NCBI GenBank assembly: GCA_003344405.1
Contig: NOWV01000125.1
Span: forward strand, 62,001-126,000
DNA length: 64,000 nucleotides
Direction of reading: 5' to 3'
DNA from: Trichoplax sp. H2
Lineage: Eukaryota
Of this stretch, positions 1-13,492 are shown one piece after another; position 1 is the first letter of the stretch; the number at the start of each line of letters is the position of its first letter. Below the pieces are notes generated by a model, which had not been told where the DNA came from, made no database searches, and was given only the letters and a program-made list of their open reading frames with translations. A program made the translations under genes and the position numbers.

Positions 1-804
1 ATTTATGCAGTACTTTGCATCCTACACTGTACTGTACAGTGAAGTTCTGGCAAGAGAGAAAGAGAGACGGACATCTACGATACGGTAGGGTCTTGGACTG
101 TCTACTGTGCAGACAGACAGACTGGCTACTAGAAAGACACCGACAACCAGCGGCAAGGCCATTGGAAATTTCCAATCGGACTCCAAATAAAAAGAGATCG
201 ATGGCGCTGTGCCTCAGAACATACCTACGCCTCAAGTCTAAAAGTAGTGTGTGTAATGGAGTCTCTTCTACAGTAGTTGGCTGTTAAGTGGCCACCGGTG
301 TTGTTCAAGCAGTACTTTACACTACTATCCACTGTCCACTGCCCACTGTACACTGTACAGAGACCACACAGTGTACAGTACTTTACACTCGTCATTTATG
401 CAGTACTTTAAGTGGGACATAGAAATGGACATGTTTGCTAATGACTGTAGTCTATCCATGACTACGCACAAATTAATGTGACATCGTTGACAGAATGTAG
501 AAATTGATCATTGGTGTCACTGCATCTGTTCTAGCCAATACTGTATCCATACTCTACCATAGTTGCACGTCGAGTAAGCGTAGCACCCGGTCGGTATGAT
601 GTCTTTTCCAAGTTTGATTAGTTGATTTAATTAAATGGTTTACATGGCTGTTTACTCATTCCTTGAAATTCTATTTATGTTCTTGCCGTTGTAGGCTTGT
701 TGATAGCTTCTCGTTGGCCGTTGAGCAAGTTAGTGTAGGCAACGTCAAAAGTAGACTCAAAATCAACCTCCCCCCCCCCAAAAAAAAACAATCATTAAAG
801 CACA

Positions 805-2844
805 ATGAGCGTGGATAATTTTGGTAACGACTCGGTTGATGAGTTAATCAGCGATATGGAACTACTATCGGCTGAAATGGATAAATCGATTCAATCCGAT
901 GATAAAAGTGGTGCAGACAGTGGAGGAGAAGGGAGTGAATTGACCAATACAAATAGCGGTAGACAAATGCAACTAACACCTGAATTGCGTGATCGAATTA
1001 TCGAACGTATCGAATTCTATTTTAGTAACGAATATTTGATGGGAAATTCTTTTTTAACCAAGCACATTAAAAAAAATCGTGAAGGTTATGTTAGTATAAC
1101 CTTGATCACCTCATTTAAAAAAGTCAAATGTCTCACGCGTGATTGGAATATTGTTGCCGAGGCGTTAAAATATTCCCAAAAGTTAGAAGTAAATCAAGAA
1201 GGGAAAAAAGTCAAGCGTAAAGATCCATTACCCGAATACTTAAAAATTGCTGCCGAAAATAAAGGCATTAAAACAGTGGTAGCCTACAATTTACCACCCA
1301 AATATAGTAATATTAGCGGAGTAAGCAATTTATTCTCAACTTATGGTGAGATTTTGTTGGCAAGAATTATTCGACCCAATGATAACATCCCCGACGATTT
1401 AAAACCTGCTAAAGCTTATCATTCACAATTAGGGCAAGAAACTTGCGCCTTTGTTGAATTTGATAAGCCTGAACACGCATTGCGATGTATCGAAGGCCTA
1501 ACTCAAGCGGATAGGCAAGATTTGGATGGAATTGGTGTTACTTTATTAAACTTAAAAATAAAACAATCAACTCTTGATAAAATTAAGGAAATGGAAGCTA
1601 AAGCCAAAAGTGATTCAGCCTCACAAGATGAGAAAGAGAAAAAATCCAAACGAAAAAAGAAGAAAAATAAACGACTGGATGAATTGCTCAATGTTCGTGA
1701 TGACGTTAGCACATGCAGTTCTGACGATGCTGAAGGTGCACCAAGACGAAGAAGTGCTCCAATTCCTATAGGTAAGAACCTCCATTTGAAGGTTATTTCC
1801 AAATTGCCCTACGTTGTTCGACAGTATTTCTCCATTGTTCCCGCATATTGCGCCGTACATGCATCTAAAGTAATAAATGTTACGCTTTCAAAAGAGTTCA
1901 ACAAAGTTTCTTTACTAGCAGACGATCTGAACGATAAAATTCTTTTCCTTGAACTTGATCCTTATTCCGATTTCAATAAGATAATCAACGTCAAATTTCT
2001 TCTTATTATAGCTTACTTAACGTACATGCTTTGAAATACATCTCTCCTTCTAATTGATCACCAAAAGTAATGAATCAACTTTTTATATTATCTTCATTAA
2101 GAGATACACGGTAGTATACGAAGCGCCTGTCTATGTTTCCATTTGGTACATGCAATTGCTGTAGTTAGTATATAAAATATGATCGGAGACAATTAATTGG
2201 TATAATGCAATTTTATAAAACGTGATTACATGATCTATAGAGAACATAAATTGATTGTAGATGTGAACTTAGCACATCGTCGAGCACATTTTTCGCTATA
2301 ATCGGTATACCCCCAATGTACCGTATAAAATGGTAAAATCTGCTACCGTTGCTTTAGTTCAAAGTTGCATGATCGTCTTTAGATTGTAAATCTGCCATAG
2401 CGTTATCACCTCTAGGCTTATAATTTAATAATTATGAAACACAATAGATTATTTACATTGAGATACTGATCAACTACGCTTAATAATACTGATGCTTATT
2501 ACATCTATATGGTTCGATGATTTCTTGTAGGTAAGGACTCTAGTAAAGGTACCCTTGGACCTGATAGAGGTCGTCGTTTTGACTCTCCCCGAGGCAATAG
2601 TCCTAGAAATAGCTCTGATTCATGGAAAAGGAGCGATTATTCATCAGACAGTTGTGCTCATAGTCCATGGTCTAGACGACCACGCAGTGATGGCGGTAGT
2701 CCACGAGCTAGTCCCTTGCCGCCTCGTCGAAGCTTCTCGCGTACTAATAAAATTCAAATGGAAGGCGTTATCCGCCCGCCTATCGGACCTGATGGCACAA
2801 GAGGCTTTAAAATTGGTCGAGGTACCAGACCTATACTTAATTAA
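805..2844 (+). CDS. LARP6: La-related protein 6 (La motif + RRM + C-terminal LSA/SUZ-C motif), 2 exons: 805-1771 and 2531-2844
   Basis: La motif IEFYFSNEYL...FL.KHI...EGYVSI.LI.SFKKVK followed by an RRM. A phase-1 GT-AG intron (1772-2530) joins an in-frame exon ending GVIRPPIGPDGTRGF...TAA, matching the LARP6 C-terminal motif. Confidence 0.9.
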
Positions 2845-5760
2845 TGTTCGATCTTTAAGCGGAAAGAGGACTATGATACTATGATTGCTTAATTTTATAG
2901 CTACCTATGTACTCATTGTTAAACCCTTACTGTATTTTCTGGTACACTTTTGAAGGTATAAACATCACTATCAGTAAACTAACATTTTTGGCGATATCCT
3001 ATACTGTAGATGCTATTGTAGGTAGCATATACTACATCGCCATTTATGATTGTACTAATACAAAATATGGATTCATAATACAGTACAGTTAATTACGAAT
3101 CCCAAGCAAATGCTTAATGAAAAAGATTTTTGCATGAATAACCTATGGCAGTAAATGTACGTGTATGTGTGTGCGTGGATAAAAGCATTACATCTCGTTT
3201 AAGTTGCCAATGTTATCATGTAACCTCTCACTGGCAGTGACCTTAACTAATTTTTAAAATCACAGTTATCGAAGAGATTGTGTACATAGATATCGAATGT
3301 AAAGTATGTAAAATACGCCAAAAAAATTATAATAGGTGCATGAGAGCAATAGTCGCCATAAGTATCCACTATATTCAGTATTATACTATCAAATTTTCAC
3401 TACAACGCTGAAAATTTATCTCTAAGATATAAATTTTGTTATCATAATCGGTAATGTTGTTCTTCAAAATTCACTTTATTAACCTAATTGCGAAACAATT
3501 ATTACCGCAACTTTGCTTCGCTTCGTTTTTCAATGTAAGATAGTGTATTATTATTCTTATATCTTCCTATGAATGATCTACTCATTTTTGTCATGTTTTG
3601 GTTGCTAAAGCCTATTTCGGTTATAATGTCTCGTATAAAATCATCAAATCAGTATGACTGCTGCAAAAATTTTTGTGTATAATTGTCGGTTATTATATAT
3701 TGTATAGTTTTATATCAATGCATATGCATATATAGACATACATATACATATTTCAAGATATATTTAAGTTATAGTATTCTTGTGAAGTCCGATTATAATA
3801 GTTAATATTCCATATTACGGAGCTTCACCAGGCTCTGTCGTTATCAATTTATACTAAGCAAAAGTGCTTCTGTAAGCTCTACAGATTTTTTATCAATAAT
3901 TTCAACCTCTTATAGGCGCTTTTCCTAGCTAATAAATTACAATCTGAAATTGCTCTATTGACTACTTTTGTTATCCTTAACCTTGACTGACCTGGTCGGA
4001 AAATCAATCCATAAATCGACTATTTATTGATTCTATCGACATATGTGTTATAATATGCAGTAATTCATCCGGAAAGCCATACATTTTTAAACTGAGAGTA
4101 AGATGACTACTTTCAGCCTACGCTGCTTGTAATCAAAAGCGCTTATCTAATATTGTTTATACTGAGTAGCAAGCTGATCAGTGTAGTGATTAATTATGTA
4201 GACACTACAGTCTTATACCAATTTTCTACTATGTTTTATAAAATTTTGAATCAGTTCGTTCAATGTGAATGGCCGATGCTACTACTATAGTACTCGCCAT
4301 TAGCAGGATTAATAGCAGAATTGCATATTCATTTCAGATCTAAAGCCAATGTAATGTCCTTAATATACTGTATATGATGATATTATAATTTATTATACAA
4401 CAATTAAGAAAAGCTTTAGTGTAAATCTTTTCATCATTTACATCGTGTCGTAGTTTCGCAGCTAATAACAGAATTAGTCAGCCAATTGCCTAAGGAGCAA
4501 ACATCACTGTGCTATACAGTAGATTGGACATCGTGATGAGTAAATAACAGACTCATATGACCTTTTATTAGTGTATAAAACGTTTTAAAAGCTTAAGGAT
4601 ACATGCTATATAGTAGAACAAGAAATAAAAAGCAGATACAGATCTTGAGGACGTAAAAATGAGTTTACAGTTAAAGAAAACACTTCAATCAGTTTGCCAA
4701 AATTGTTGCCAACGGATATACTGTACACATGCAAAATATAATTGAAAGACTTAAAGTACTATTATACACTGTACAGTATTCTTGAAAATCAATGCCATTT
4801 AAAAAATATGCAGGTATTACGTGTACGATCTGAGAGATTATCCGAAAATAGGCCCTCCGAATATTGTATTATTATGCAATAGATTAAAATCAATTTCTAA
4901 GCAATCCTAAAATAGAGTATAATAACACATAGATGTACAGATGTTATATTGTAACATCGAAATAACTTCAACTCAGGATTAACATTTGTAATTTATCTTT
5001 AACCATCCTACCGTATATAGCAGAATATCCTCCACTATTTTTATAACAGGATGCTATAAAGAATGCAGTGAAATTTAGGGTATCCCTACACAGGTATCTT
5101 AAAATTGCAGTAATTAAACAAAATATCACAGAATTGGTGATAGAGTTTATGGATAAACTATAAGAAATTCTATTACACACTTGTAATGCGGTAATCATAG
5201 TGAATATTGTGCTATTTCACTCTATTTTATTCAATGTTGGTCAGGCTTTCATCCTTCAGAATTTGCGTAAGTTCCGTTTTTCATCCAGTTCTCATTGATT
5301 CAATGCAATAACAACGTACTAAATATTGCACGACTGATGTAATACGTAGAAATACATCGAGTCATATAATTAATTCTTTAATTTAGCTATCAGGATGTTT
5401 CGGTTTCTATACTTCAATTTTAGGATTTATCAATACGAGATGTTGCTAATTTATTTCATATCATGCATTGCAGCATATCAAAAGTAATAATTTGAGTTCG
5501 CGCATTCTTTCGGTATGGGAAAATAGTGATTGCCCATCTATTCTAATTTCCAATATCGCGTCCCTATGTATTGTACGTCTGCAGTATCTACTGCAGAGTA
5601 CATATAGGCCTTTTCAGTTAGCATAGTGAGAATAGCCCAGTGCAAGAGCACAACATATCAAGATGGCCTAACTTGAAGATTCAACGACCACTTTGAAAGG
5701 CAAAGACTCGAATGTTATTACCCAGCCTTTAATGGATAGGCCTAGATGCAATCATTACCA

Positions 5761-6279
5761 TTAATAAAGAGCATTATTATCTTCTTTGTTTAGGAAGAAA
5801 ATTTTAACGAATCCGTCTGATGTCGGCACTTGTTCGTAAAACTGAATCAGGGGCAGTGATATTAAACCGTAGGCTAAAGTAGGGATGCCTAAATTCATCG
5901 CCTTTAAAAGGGTGAATATCTTATTCTCGGTATCCAACATTTGGTACGTTCTACGCGTACAATGATATTTTATTAAAGGATAACAACCAGTTCTAAGTAT
6001 ATGATAATTAACGCCATCAACCTGCCAGTTAAAATGAGAAAGGGCTAACTGATCATTGTAGACGTGCTTATACTGGACAAAATAAGACGTCCAAGCCGGT
6101 TTCCCACGTTGGCGCAAGTGGGACGTCAAAACCTCAGATGCCATCGGTTTGCTCCGGATATTGCTCTTGCATACTTCACTTTGAATCCAATGGTAGCAAG
6201 ACATCAATACTCCTAAGGTGGCGAAACACTTTAATCCAAGATCACGCCCAAATAAAACCGGAAATTGCTTTATGAGCAT
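5761..6279 (-). CDS. C15orf61: C15orf61-like conserved protein (DUF4528), intronless
   Basis: KP.ASEVLT.HL.QR..P.WTS.FV.Y..V.NDQ..LSHFNW.V.G.NYHILRTGC.P.IKYHC and C-terminal FLNKED..A.Y match the family as recalled. Confidence 0.88.
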   Translation of the reverse strand: MLIKQFPVLFGRDLGLKCFATLGVLMSCYHWIQSEVCKSNIRSKPMASEVLTSHLRQRGKPAWTSYFVQYKHVYNDQLALSHFNWQVDGVNYHILRTGCYPLIKYHCTRRTYQMLDTENKIFTLLKAMNLGIPTLAYGLISLPLIQFYEQVPTSDGFVKIFFLNKEDNNALY

Positions 6280-8222
6280 TTTTGCATGATTTTCTTTCCC
6301 GGTTTTGGTAGGCTAATGGCTACGAGTGGCAAGCTTTGTAAAGCGATTCAATCTTAGCCTCCGTAAAGACGTTGATTGGATCAATATGTTAGTTCTCCGT
6401 AGCTTTCATCAATAAATATGTCAAGCTATTCAACCATTTATTATTATCCTGGTAATCATTTATAATAGGTCTCATGCTTTGACTAAAGAAAAAGATGAAA
6501 CATTTCTATATCAACAAGGGTTTTGGAACAAGGTGATTGTGAATAAAATTAGCCGATGTGGCGTAAAATGATTGCTTTTTATTCCACATTACCCTTATTG
6601 GCGCAGCCAATCTCACCTAGCTCATTCATTCTCGTACCACATTTCAACTGCAGTATAAGACTGTATGTATAGACCCTGTAGTTAATGGATTTGCCTTCAA
6701 ATTAAAAAGTGAGATGTAAAGCCATCCATGTATACAGAAGAACCAAACTAATTAAATATCGTTTTCTCAAAATGATGTCGAGATGATAGAAAAGAGACCT
6801 GGTGGATAAAGTTCATTCGTGCGAACATCATCTGAACGCTAATCTGCGATTTCAGTGGAATGGATCTCAGGTACTGGTTACAGCAGTACACACTGAGTAT
6901 ACACTCTACAGTACAGTCTGTTAACGACTGCGCATTTACCCAATACCAATCCATTCATGTTGCTAACATACTAATTAATGATGTACTATAAAATATTTAT
7001 TTCCACAGTCCATCTTCGCCTCGCAGTCAGTCAAGCTTGCCACCGAATCGTGTCTAGTATCTAGGTGTACAGGTTGTAAATAGAGTCATGGAGTAGTCTT
7101 CCTGACTCTTCCGTATACGAGGACACGAACGGAGAGAGACAGTGATGCTTAAGGTCTTTAACCTTATGGTGCATGATAAGCTGAGTTAAAGTATGGCTTT
7201 GTCGAAAGCATACTGAAGATAGAGGTCGAAGAAAAGCATTTTCTTTTCAATTTACAGTACTGTAACTGAATGAAAGAAACAACCAACTGACTAAAATCAC
7301 CCTGCTGATACGCTTCTCCATCGTTCAACCGCAGCACCCATAAAGGTAATTACGGTGGCTCACAAGGCTCATATACCATCGATACTCGTGCAATAAAAAG
7401 AAAAACGCCAGATCCAACTACTGTACATTCGTAACTGCAATACAGTAATTCTTTCATCCCATTCAATGGGTCGTAAAACAAATTTTTATTCGTGCTACCA
7501 ACTGTCCATACCCGCATGCACCCGAGGACATATCTAAGGTACTGCAGAAATGTGCTGAAAGCTCGACCACCTCTGTCGATAAAAATATCCTGTACAGTAC
7601 AGGAATCGGGCAGAAAGTAGTGAATGACTTCTACGATACTGTACAATTTAGACCATACGAGTATAGCAAAGGTTGTTTGAATCATTGTTTACCGCTCTCA
7701 ACTGAGATGTTAACTATTATTTTACACACCAATAATATTGAAAAATTTTGTCAATTTACTGTACGATTGTGTGTAAAAAAACTTCGAATTTGCCTTCTAC
7801 ACTACCTACGACAATTGCTGTGGACAAACGAATAGTTTGGGTTCCTAATTAGTGTTACTCACATTAAATATTGTACTAGAGGTCTGGAATTTGATATGCT
7901 GTACAGTACTGTACAGTACGTATTGTACGTACTGTACTGTAAGTGGTCAAACTTTCTACACACGTACAGTATGTACAGTACAGTACAGTACAGTACTGTA
8001 CAGTGTACAGTACTGTACTGTAAACTTTCAATTCTTTACTACTGTAATCTATACCTTCCCAAAAAATACTTTCAAATAAAAAACTGCAATATATTGATAT
8101 TGTCAATTATTAATGAATTATTCAATATTTTCAAGTCTGCTGTTAGTCCTCTCATAATCATATGCAATCGAAGTGAGCACAGCCTGATTTCTATCATCTT
8201 TGCGATCGAATGATACCTAAGA

Positions 8223-9398
8223 ATGCTATTTAAACTACTTCGACAATCATACTGGAAATCGTCATCTCAAACGACATGGATGAAAATGAGACATTCCTAT
8301 CGTGCTGAGCGATATCGAGATTATTCAACCAGTTATCTAAAACATGATGGTCCTGTACCACCATTAAGCGTCCCAGTCCAATTGGCCGGTAGAAAATTTT
8401 TACCCGGTTCGTGGCATCATCAATTTCCTCAACAGCTCAATAATCCTCAATCTGACTTCCCACATGTCGTTACACCATCCAATACTACTGATACAGCAAA
8501 GCTATCCTTAACTGATTGGGCTACTGTTGTTCGCCAATACTTAGATGATAATTTAACTAAATACGGAGCTATTCTAGTACGATCATTACCCATCCAAAAT
8601 GAAGCACATTTTTCACACTTAGTCAGTCAGTTAAAGTATAACCCTCAAAGTTATAAAGGAGGTCTTGGATATCGACAACAGAAATTAACCAATGTCATGA
8701 CAGCCAGCGATGAACCAAAAGAATATAGCATCGAATTACATAATGAAATGGCTTACTTACCCAATTGGGCTGATCTGATTATATTTTATTGCAAGACACC
8801 TCCAGCATTAGGTTATGGTGGTCATACTTGTATTGCTAAAGTCAGCGATTATGTCGATCGATTAGGTCAAGATATTATTCAACCGTTTCTTAAACGAGGC
8901 GTTCGATATCAATGCCATCTATTTAGTCAAGATTCTATACCTAATGCTTACTTGACATGGCAACAATCATTCCAAACTAAGGAAAAAGCAGAAGTAGAAG
9001 AATTCTGTACTAATGCTGGTTATACATACAAATGGGATGACAGTGAAAATCTAACCTATTATATCGATCTACCAGCCGCTGTGAATCATTCCAAGACAAA
9101 TCAACTTTCATGGTTTAATCAAATTTATCAACATACACCGACTTATACAGTAGAACATCCTTCCTTCGAGAATCTAGATATACCATTAGATAAACATCTT
9201 TGTCAATGCTATTACGGTGACGGCGGTAAAATTAGCGAGGATACACTATTTCGTATGCGAAGTATTAATTGGCAAGTAGCTGTAGGATTTGAATGGCAAG
9301 CAGGCGATCTTCTATTTTTAGATAATGTTTTAGTACAACACTCTAGATTAAGCTTCGAAGGTCCTCGAAAAATCTTCGTCAGTATAATGAATTATTAG
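8223..9398 (+). CDS. TauD/TfdA-family Fe(II)/2-oxoglutarate oxygenase (DdaC/SyrP/clavaminate-synthase-like), copy 1, intronless
   Basis: YGAILVR, IELHNEMAY (HxE), FYC, WFNQ, WQAGDLLFLDN.LVQHSR..FEGPRK motifs; basic, Ser-rich N-terminal extension. Confidence 0.9.
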   Translation: MLFKLLRQSYWKSSSQTTWMKMRHSYRAERYRDYSTSYLKHDGPVPPLSVPVQLAGRKFLPGSWHHQFPQQLNNPQSDFPHVVTPSNTTDTAKLSLTDWATVVRQYLDDNLTKYGAILVRSLPIQNEAHFSHLVSQLKYNPQSYKGGLGYRQQKLTNVMTASDEPKEYSIELHNEMAYLPNWADLIIFYCKTPPALGYGGHTCIAKVSDYVDRLGQDIIQPFLKRGVRYQCHLFSQDSIPNAYLTWQQSFQTKEKAEVEEFCTNAGYTYKWDDSENLTYYIDLPAAVNHSKTNQLSWFNQIYQHTPTYTVEHPSFENLDIPLDKHLCQCYYGDGGKISEDTLFRMRSINWQVAVGFEWQAGDLLFLDNVLVQHSRLSFEGPRKIFVSIMNY

Positions 9399-10869
9399 CT
9401 CTTATCACATTAATACCAGTAATATTTTTACATTGATGACAACTTGTTTATAATCCTTAGAGATGAATTTCTTATGCGTACAATGCTGAGTAAAATATCA
9501 ATAAATTACCGTGTTAATGAATATTAAAATTTGACAGAGATAATGATATGATAAGCGAAACGTACCTACTCAAGCACCGATAGTTACGATATTCAATTCG
9601 TACATCTACGTTATAAATTTTTTGGTGCTCGATATTTTACAAGCAAATCAGCTTAACTAATATAATACGTAAATAATCATGGTAAATTCAACCATATGCT
9701 TATAAATTAAAGTAAGTCAACTATATTACAATTATTCTTTTACGGCTATCTGTCTATCTATCTACTATCTATCTGTCCATGTATCTATGCAAAGTAAAGC
9801 AAAGATTTGTCTACACTTCGTACACAATCTAAATTATCGTATCTCATGTCTACTTAGGATTAAAAATATTTGAACTATGCTATAGACACAATAGCAAGAT
9901 GTTCATATCCCTAGTCTAGTCCAAGATTATTTCCGAATAGAATCATAGAGACTGTTTTATGTTAGTCTTAGAATAATGCCTAATTTCTATTCTTCTTTCG
10001 ATTAATTGAGTCTAGCAAAGGAGGCCTACTGTACGTTCTAACCCTTATCTAGAGCTAAGTGCTGATTGATTGGAAGCACTTACAAGATCTCTGCAGTTCT
10101 TATTAATCTCTTAAAGCTGTTTTCACACTTGCTATTATTCTAATAAGGATCAGAAATTATCTCTTTCTGCTAAAAATTCAAATATGAAATGATTACTGCA
10201 GAAGAGTCTATGCAATGCAATTCTTACTAATCGTTGGTTGGGCTGATGTAAACGGCCTAGTCGATTAGTTTAAATGTTTTGATCGATAATTAATTGAATA
10301 CTATCCATTGGATAGGCCATTCAAATTTTCTGCTTATTGCGAGATGGATATCTTCCTTTTAGAAATTGAATGCTGTAAATATTTAGCGTGGAATATCACT
10401 TACCGTGATTCATTCAAGTAAATTAAATTCCCTTAAATTAAAATTAAATTTCGACTGCGAATGATATATAGTAAAATGTTCGGTAGTACGATATATTTAC
10501 GACTAAAGTGCTTTTCACAATTATTAAATATCTTGCCGCCGGATTAGTAATAAACAACATATAGAAAAGCCCCTTCTACTGAGATATTATGTGTGTTCTT
10601 GGAGTCAGCCAAAACCATTAACTGAGTAATGGTAGATTCCTCTTTTTTTTATTTTCTATAGCAATCCAATTATGTTAAATTAATTAAGCAACGAATAACT
10701 ATTTACTGTATTAGTATAGCTTATTCCTGTGATTAGATATTGTAGTGATTTCAGCTAATTACAATAGTTTTGTCCGTGCAATACAGTGATAGTATGTAGT
10801 GTAGAACTGTATGCCTTGATAAAGTAAGTGTTGATAAGGCTAACAACCCCGTACACGACAGATATCCAG

Positions 10870-11320
10870 GTTCTACTTTTACAGGTCTAATATACTTTCA
10901 TGACATGATTTTTATTGACTAAATCATACGATATATATATGTATAAAGCCAAGTTTTATTACTTGCCAAACTTAATTAATTAATCAATCGGCAATTGTTG
11001 ATGATAATACAGTACCGGATAAAAGGACAATAGGCCGAGTTATTCAGCAGTTGGTTCTTTTTATTCTTTTGTCTATACTCGAATTCCCTTGTGAGTAGTC
11101 CCATCTTTCTACATATAGACGCCTAGAATTGTTTAGATTTATTTTAGGTTATGCTGATATAGGCGTAGTAGCTTAATATCGCAATGTTAACTTATTGTTC
11201 GAATACTTTTATGACCGTAGCGTGAGATACGCACTAGCAAGGTACAGTATATCGAATGCTAAAGTAGCAAGGGTAAATTAAATACTGAGCATATAATTTT
11301 AATTAACTTGGAACCAGTAA
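10870..11320 (+). repeat. Non-coding segment duplicated at ~15690-16310
   Basis: Colinear blocks shared, e.g. ttacttgccaaactt, agaattgttta.atttatt.tagg, aatactgagcatataattt. Confidence 0.75.
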
Positions 11321-11767
11321 TTAAAGGGTAATACTGTATATCATAGTAAATCTAACAATATAAAAAGGCTAAGTTTCATTACTGGTAAGACATCGGCGTC
11401 CTTATATCTTATTAATCTTATTAAGCTAACTTAGCTATTCGAGAAATACTAACTAGCACTACAAAGTGAGTGATACTAGAAAAGCACTGAATGAAACGCT
11501 TCAGTTTAACTGTTATTTATAAGCTTCCCATGGGGCCTGTGTGCTGGCTAGCATTAATGCTTTTCTTTAATATTGGTTTTGATCTACCGGCATAAAAAAC
11601 TAGTTCAGGCCGAGTTTACGAACAGATCTCATTGGAACGCCCGTAGTTGATCGAATTCGATTGCTTAAACTATAATTATTGAAGAGTAATTTTGATTATC
11701 AACCCTATCAGATCCAGCAACATAGCTCATTTGATTCTATTATCTTCGTGATTTAAATGCTCAAAGA

Positions 11768-12958
11768 ATGGCCTATAAATTAATCAGTCGTTACTACAAA
11801 AAGTTATCGCAACAAAGTAGAATGCAATGGAGAACATCGATGTACAAAAGATATTGTTTCAATAGTCAGTCATATCGAGATTATTCAAGTGCTTTTCTAC
11901 AAAATGAAAGCCCTTTACCAGAACTAAGTGTCCCAGTCCAACTAGCTGGTAGAAAGTATTTACCCGGTTCGTGGCATCATCAGTTTCCACAACAGCTTAA
12001 TAATCCTCAACCTGATTTTCCACATGTCGTTACTCCATCTAATACTACTGATGCAGCAAATTTATCCTTAACCGACTGGGCTACTGTTGTTCGCCAATAC
12101 TTAGATGATAATTTAACTAAATATGGGGCGGTTCTGGTACGATCATTACCCATCCAAAATGAAACACATTTTTCACAGTTAGTTAGTCAACTAAAATATA
12201 ACCCTCAATCTTATAAAGGAGGTATAGGAAATCGGCATAGCAAGGTAACCAATGTCATGACAGCCAGCGATGAACCAAAAGAATGCAGTATTGAATTACA
12301 TAATGAAATGGCTTACTCACCTAATTGGTCTGATCTTATTATTTTCTATTGCAAGATACCTCCTGCATTAGGTCATGGTGGACATACTTGTATTGCTAAA
12401 GTCAGCGATTATGTCGATCGATTAGGTCAAGATATTACTCAACCATTTCTTAAACGAGGCCTTCGATATCAAAACTATCTATTTAGCCAAGGTTCTGTAC
12501 CTTATAAATACATTACATGGCAACAATCATTCCAAACTAAGGAAAAAGCAGAGGTAGAAGAATTCTGTACTAATGCAGGTTACACATATAAATGGGATGA
12601 CAATGAAAATCTAACCTATTATATCGATCTACCTGCCGTTGTAAATCATTCCAAGACAAGTAAACTTTCATGGTTTAATCAAATTTATCAACATTCGTCA
12701 ACATATACCAGAGAACATCCTTCTTTCGAAGTTGCAGATTTACCATTAGACAAACATCCGCTTCAATGCTATTTCGGTGACGGTGGTGAAATTAGTGAGG
12801 ATATACTATTTTACATGCGTAGTGTTAATTGGCAAGTAGCTGTAGGGTTTGAATGGCAAGCTGGGGATGTCCTGTTTTTGGATAATGTTTTAGTACAGCA
12901 TTCCAGATTGAGTTTTGAGGGTCCTCGAAAAGTTTACGTCAGTATAATGAACTATTAG
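11768..12958 (+). CDS. TauD/TfdA-family Fe(II)/2OG oxygenase, copy 2 (tandem paralogue), intronless
   Basis: Same motifs as copy 1 with long identical stretches in the core; the N-terminal ~50 aa are diverged. Confidence 0.9.
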   Translation: MAYKLISRYYKKLSQQSRMQWRTSMYKRYCFNSQSYRDYSSAFLQNESPLPELSVPVQLAGRKYLPGSWHHQFPQQLNNPQPDFPHVVTPSNTTDAANLSLTDWATVVRQYLDDNLTKYGAVLVRSLPIQNETHFSQLVSQLKYNPQSYKGGIGNRHSKVTNVMTASDEPKECSIELHNEMAYSPNWSDLIIFYCKIPPALGHGGHTCIAKVSDYVDRLGQDITQPFLKRGLRYQNYLFSQGSVPYKYITWQQSFQTKEKAEVEEFCTNAGYTYKWDDNENLTYYIDLPAVVNHSKTSKLSWFNQIYQHSSTYTREHPSFEVADLPLDKHPLQCYFGDGGEISEDILFYMRSVNWQVAVGFEWQAGDVLFLDNVLVQHSRLSFEGPRKVYVSIMNY

Positions 12959-13102
12959 TTCTTATAACAGTATTTGTATCGATGGCTGAACTTATTTACG
13001 CATGTTTATTATATTATCCGCATAGGAAAATGATTTAGATGGATGTTTACCGATAATACGTATATACTTGATCAACTTTTTTCAGAGAATCGCATAACAT
13101 CG

Positions 13103-13492
13103 TAGTAATTCCATTAGCTTTCCAACCGCAATTGCTTTCGGATATGTACTAGCAAACTACGAAATTATTTAATATTATTAAGATTTGGTAAAGATCATGG
13201 TATATTAATCGAGCCTGTCAGTTCAAGTAATGCAATAATCCGGTACATTAATTATAGCAAAACAATATTAATTAAACTTATACGAGAGCGGTATATGCGT
13301 GTACGCATGCTATCATCTAAAATTTTTAAACTGAATAGATTTAAGCTTCTAATATTTTTACTAGTACTTGTATTTTTTAATCAATGCGAATTGATAGTTT
13401 CAGGCATCCAATTTTATAATATTCTCACTCTTGCTACTCTATACGCATACTCGTATGGCATGCAATTCATGCTATCTCCATCTTTAGATAGA
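13103..13492 (+). repeat. Non-coding segment duplicated at ~15230-15592
   Basis: Colinear blocks shared, e.g. agtaattccattagctttcca, ttaagatttggtaa, atttaagcttctaatat, ataatattctca, attcatgctat. Confidence 0.8.

Noticed and set aside
1772-2034. C-terminal 87 aa of the 409-aa ORF
   Set aside because: Intron read-through; the true C-terminus is in exon 2531-2844, in a different frame from the listed 2555-2884 ORF.
7852-8213. Cys/Thr/Val/Tyr-rich short ORFs (also at 23486, 32234, 37986, 39621, 54881)
   Set aside because: Translations of the CAGTA/TACTG repeat, not proteins.
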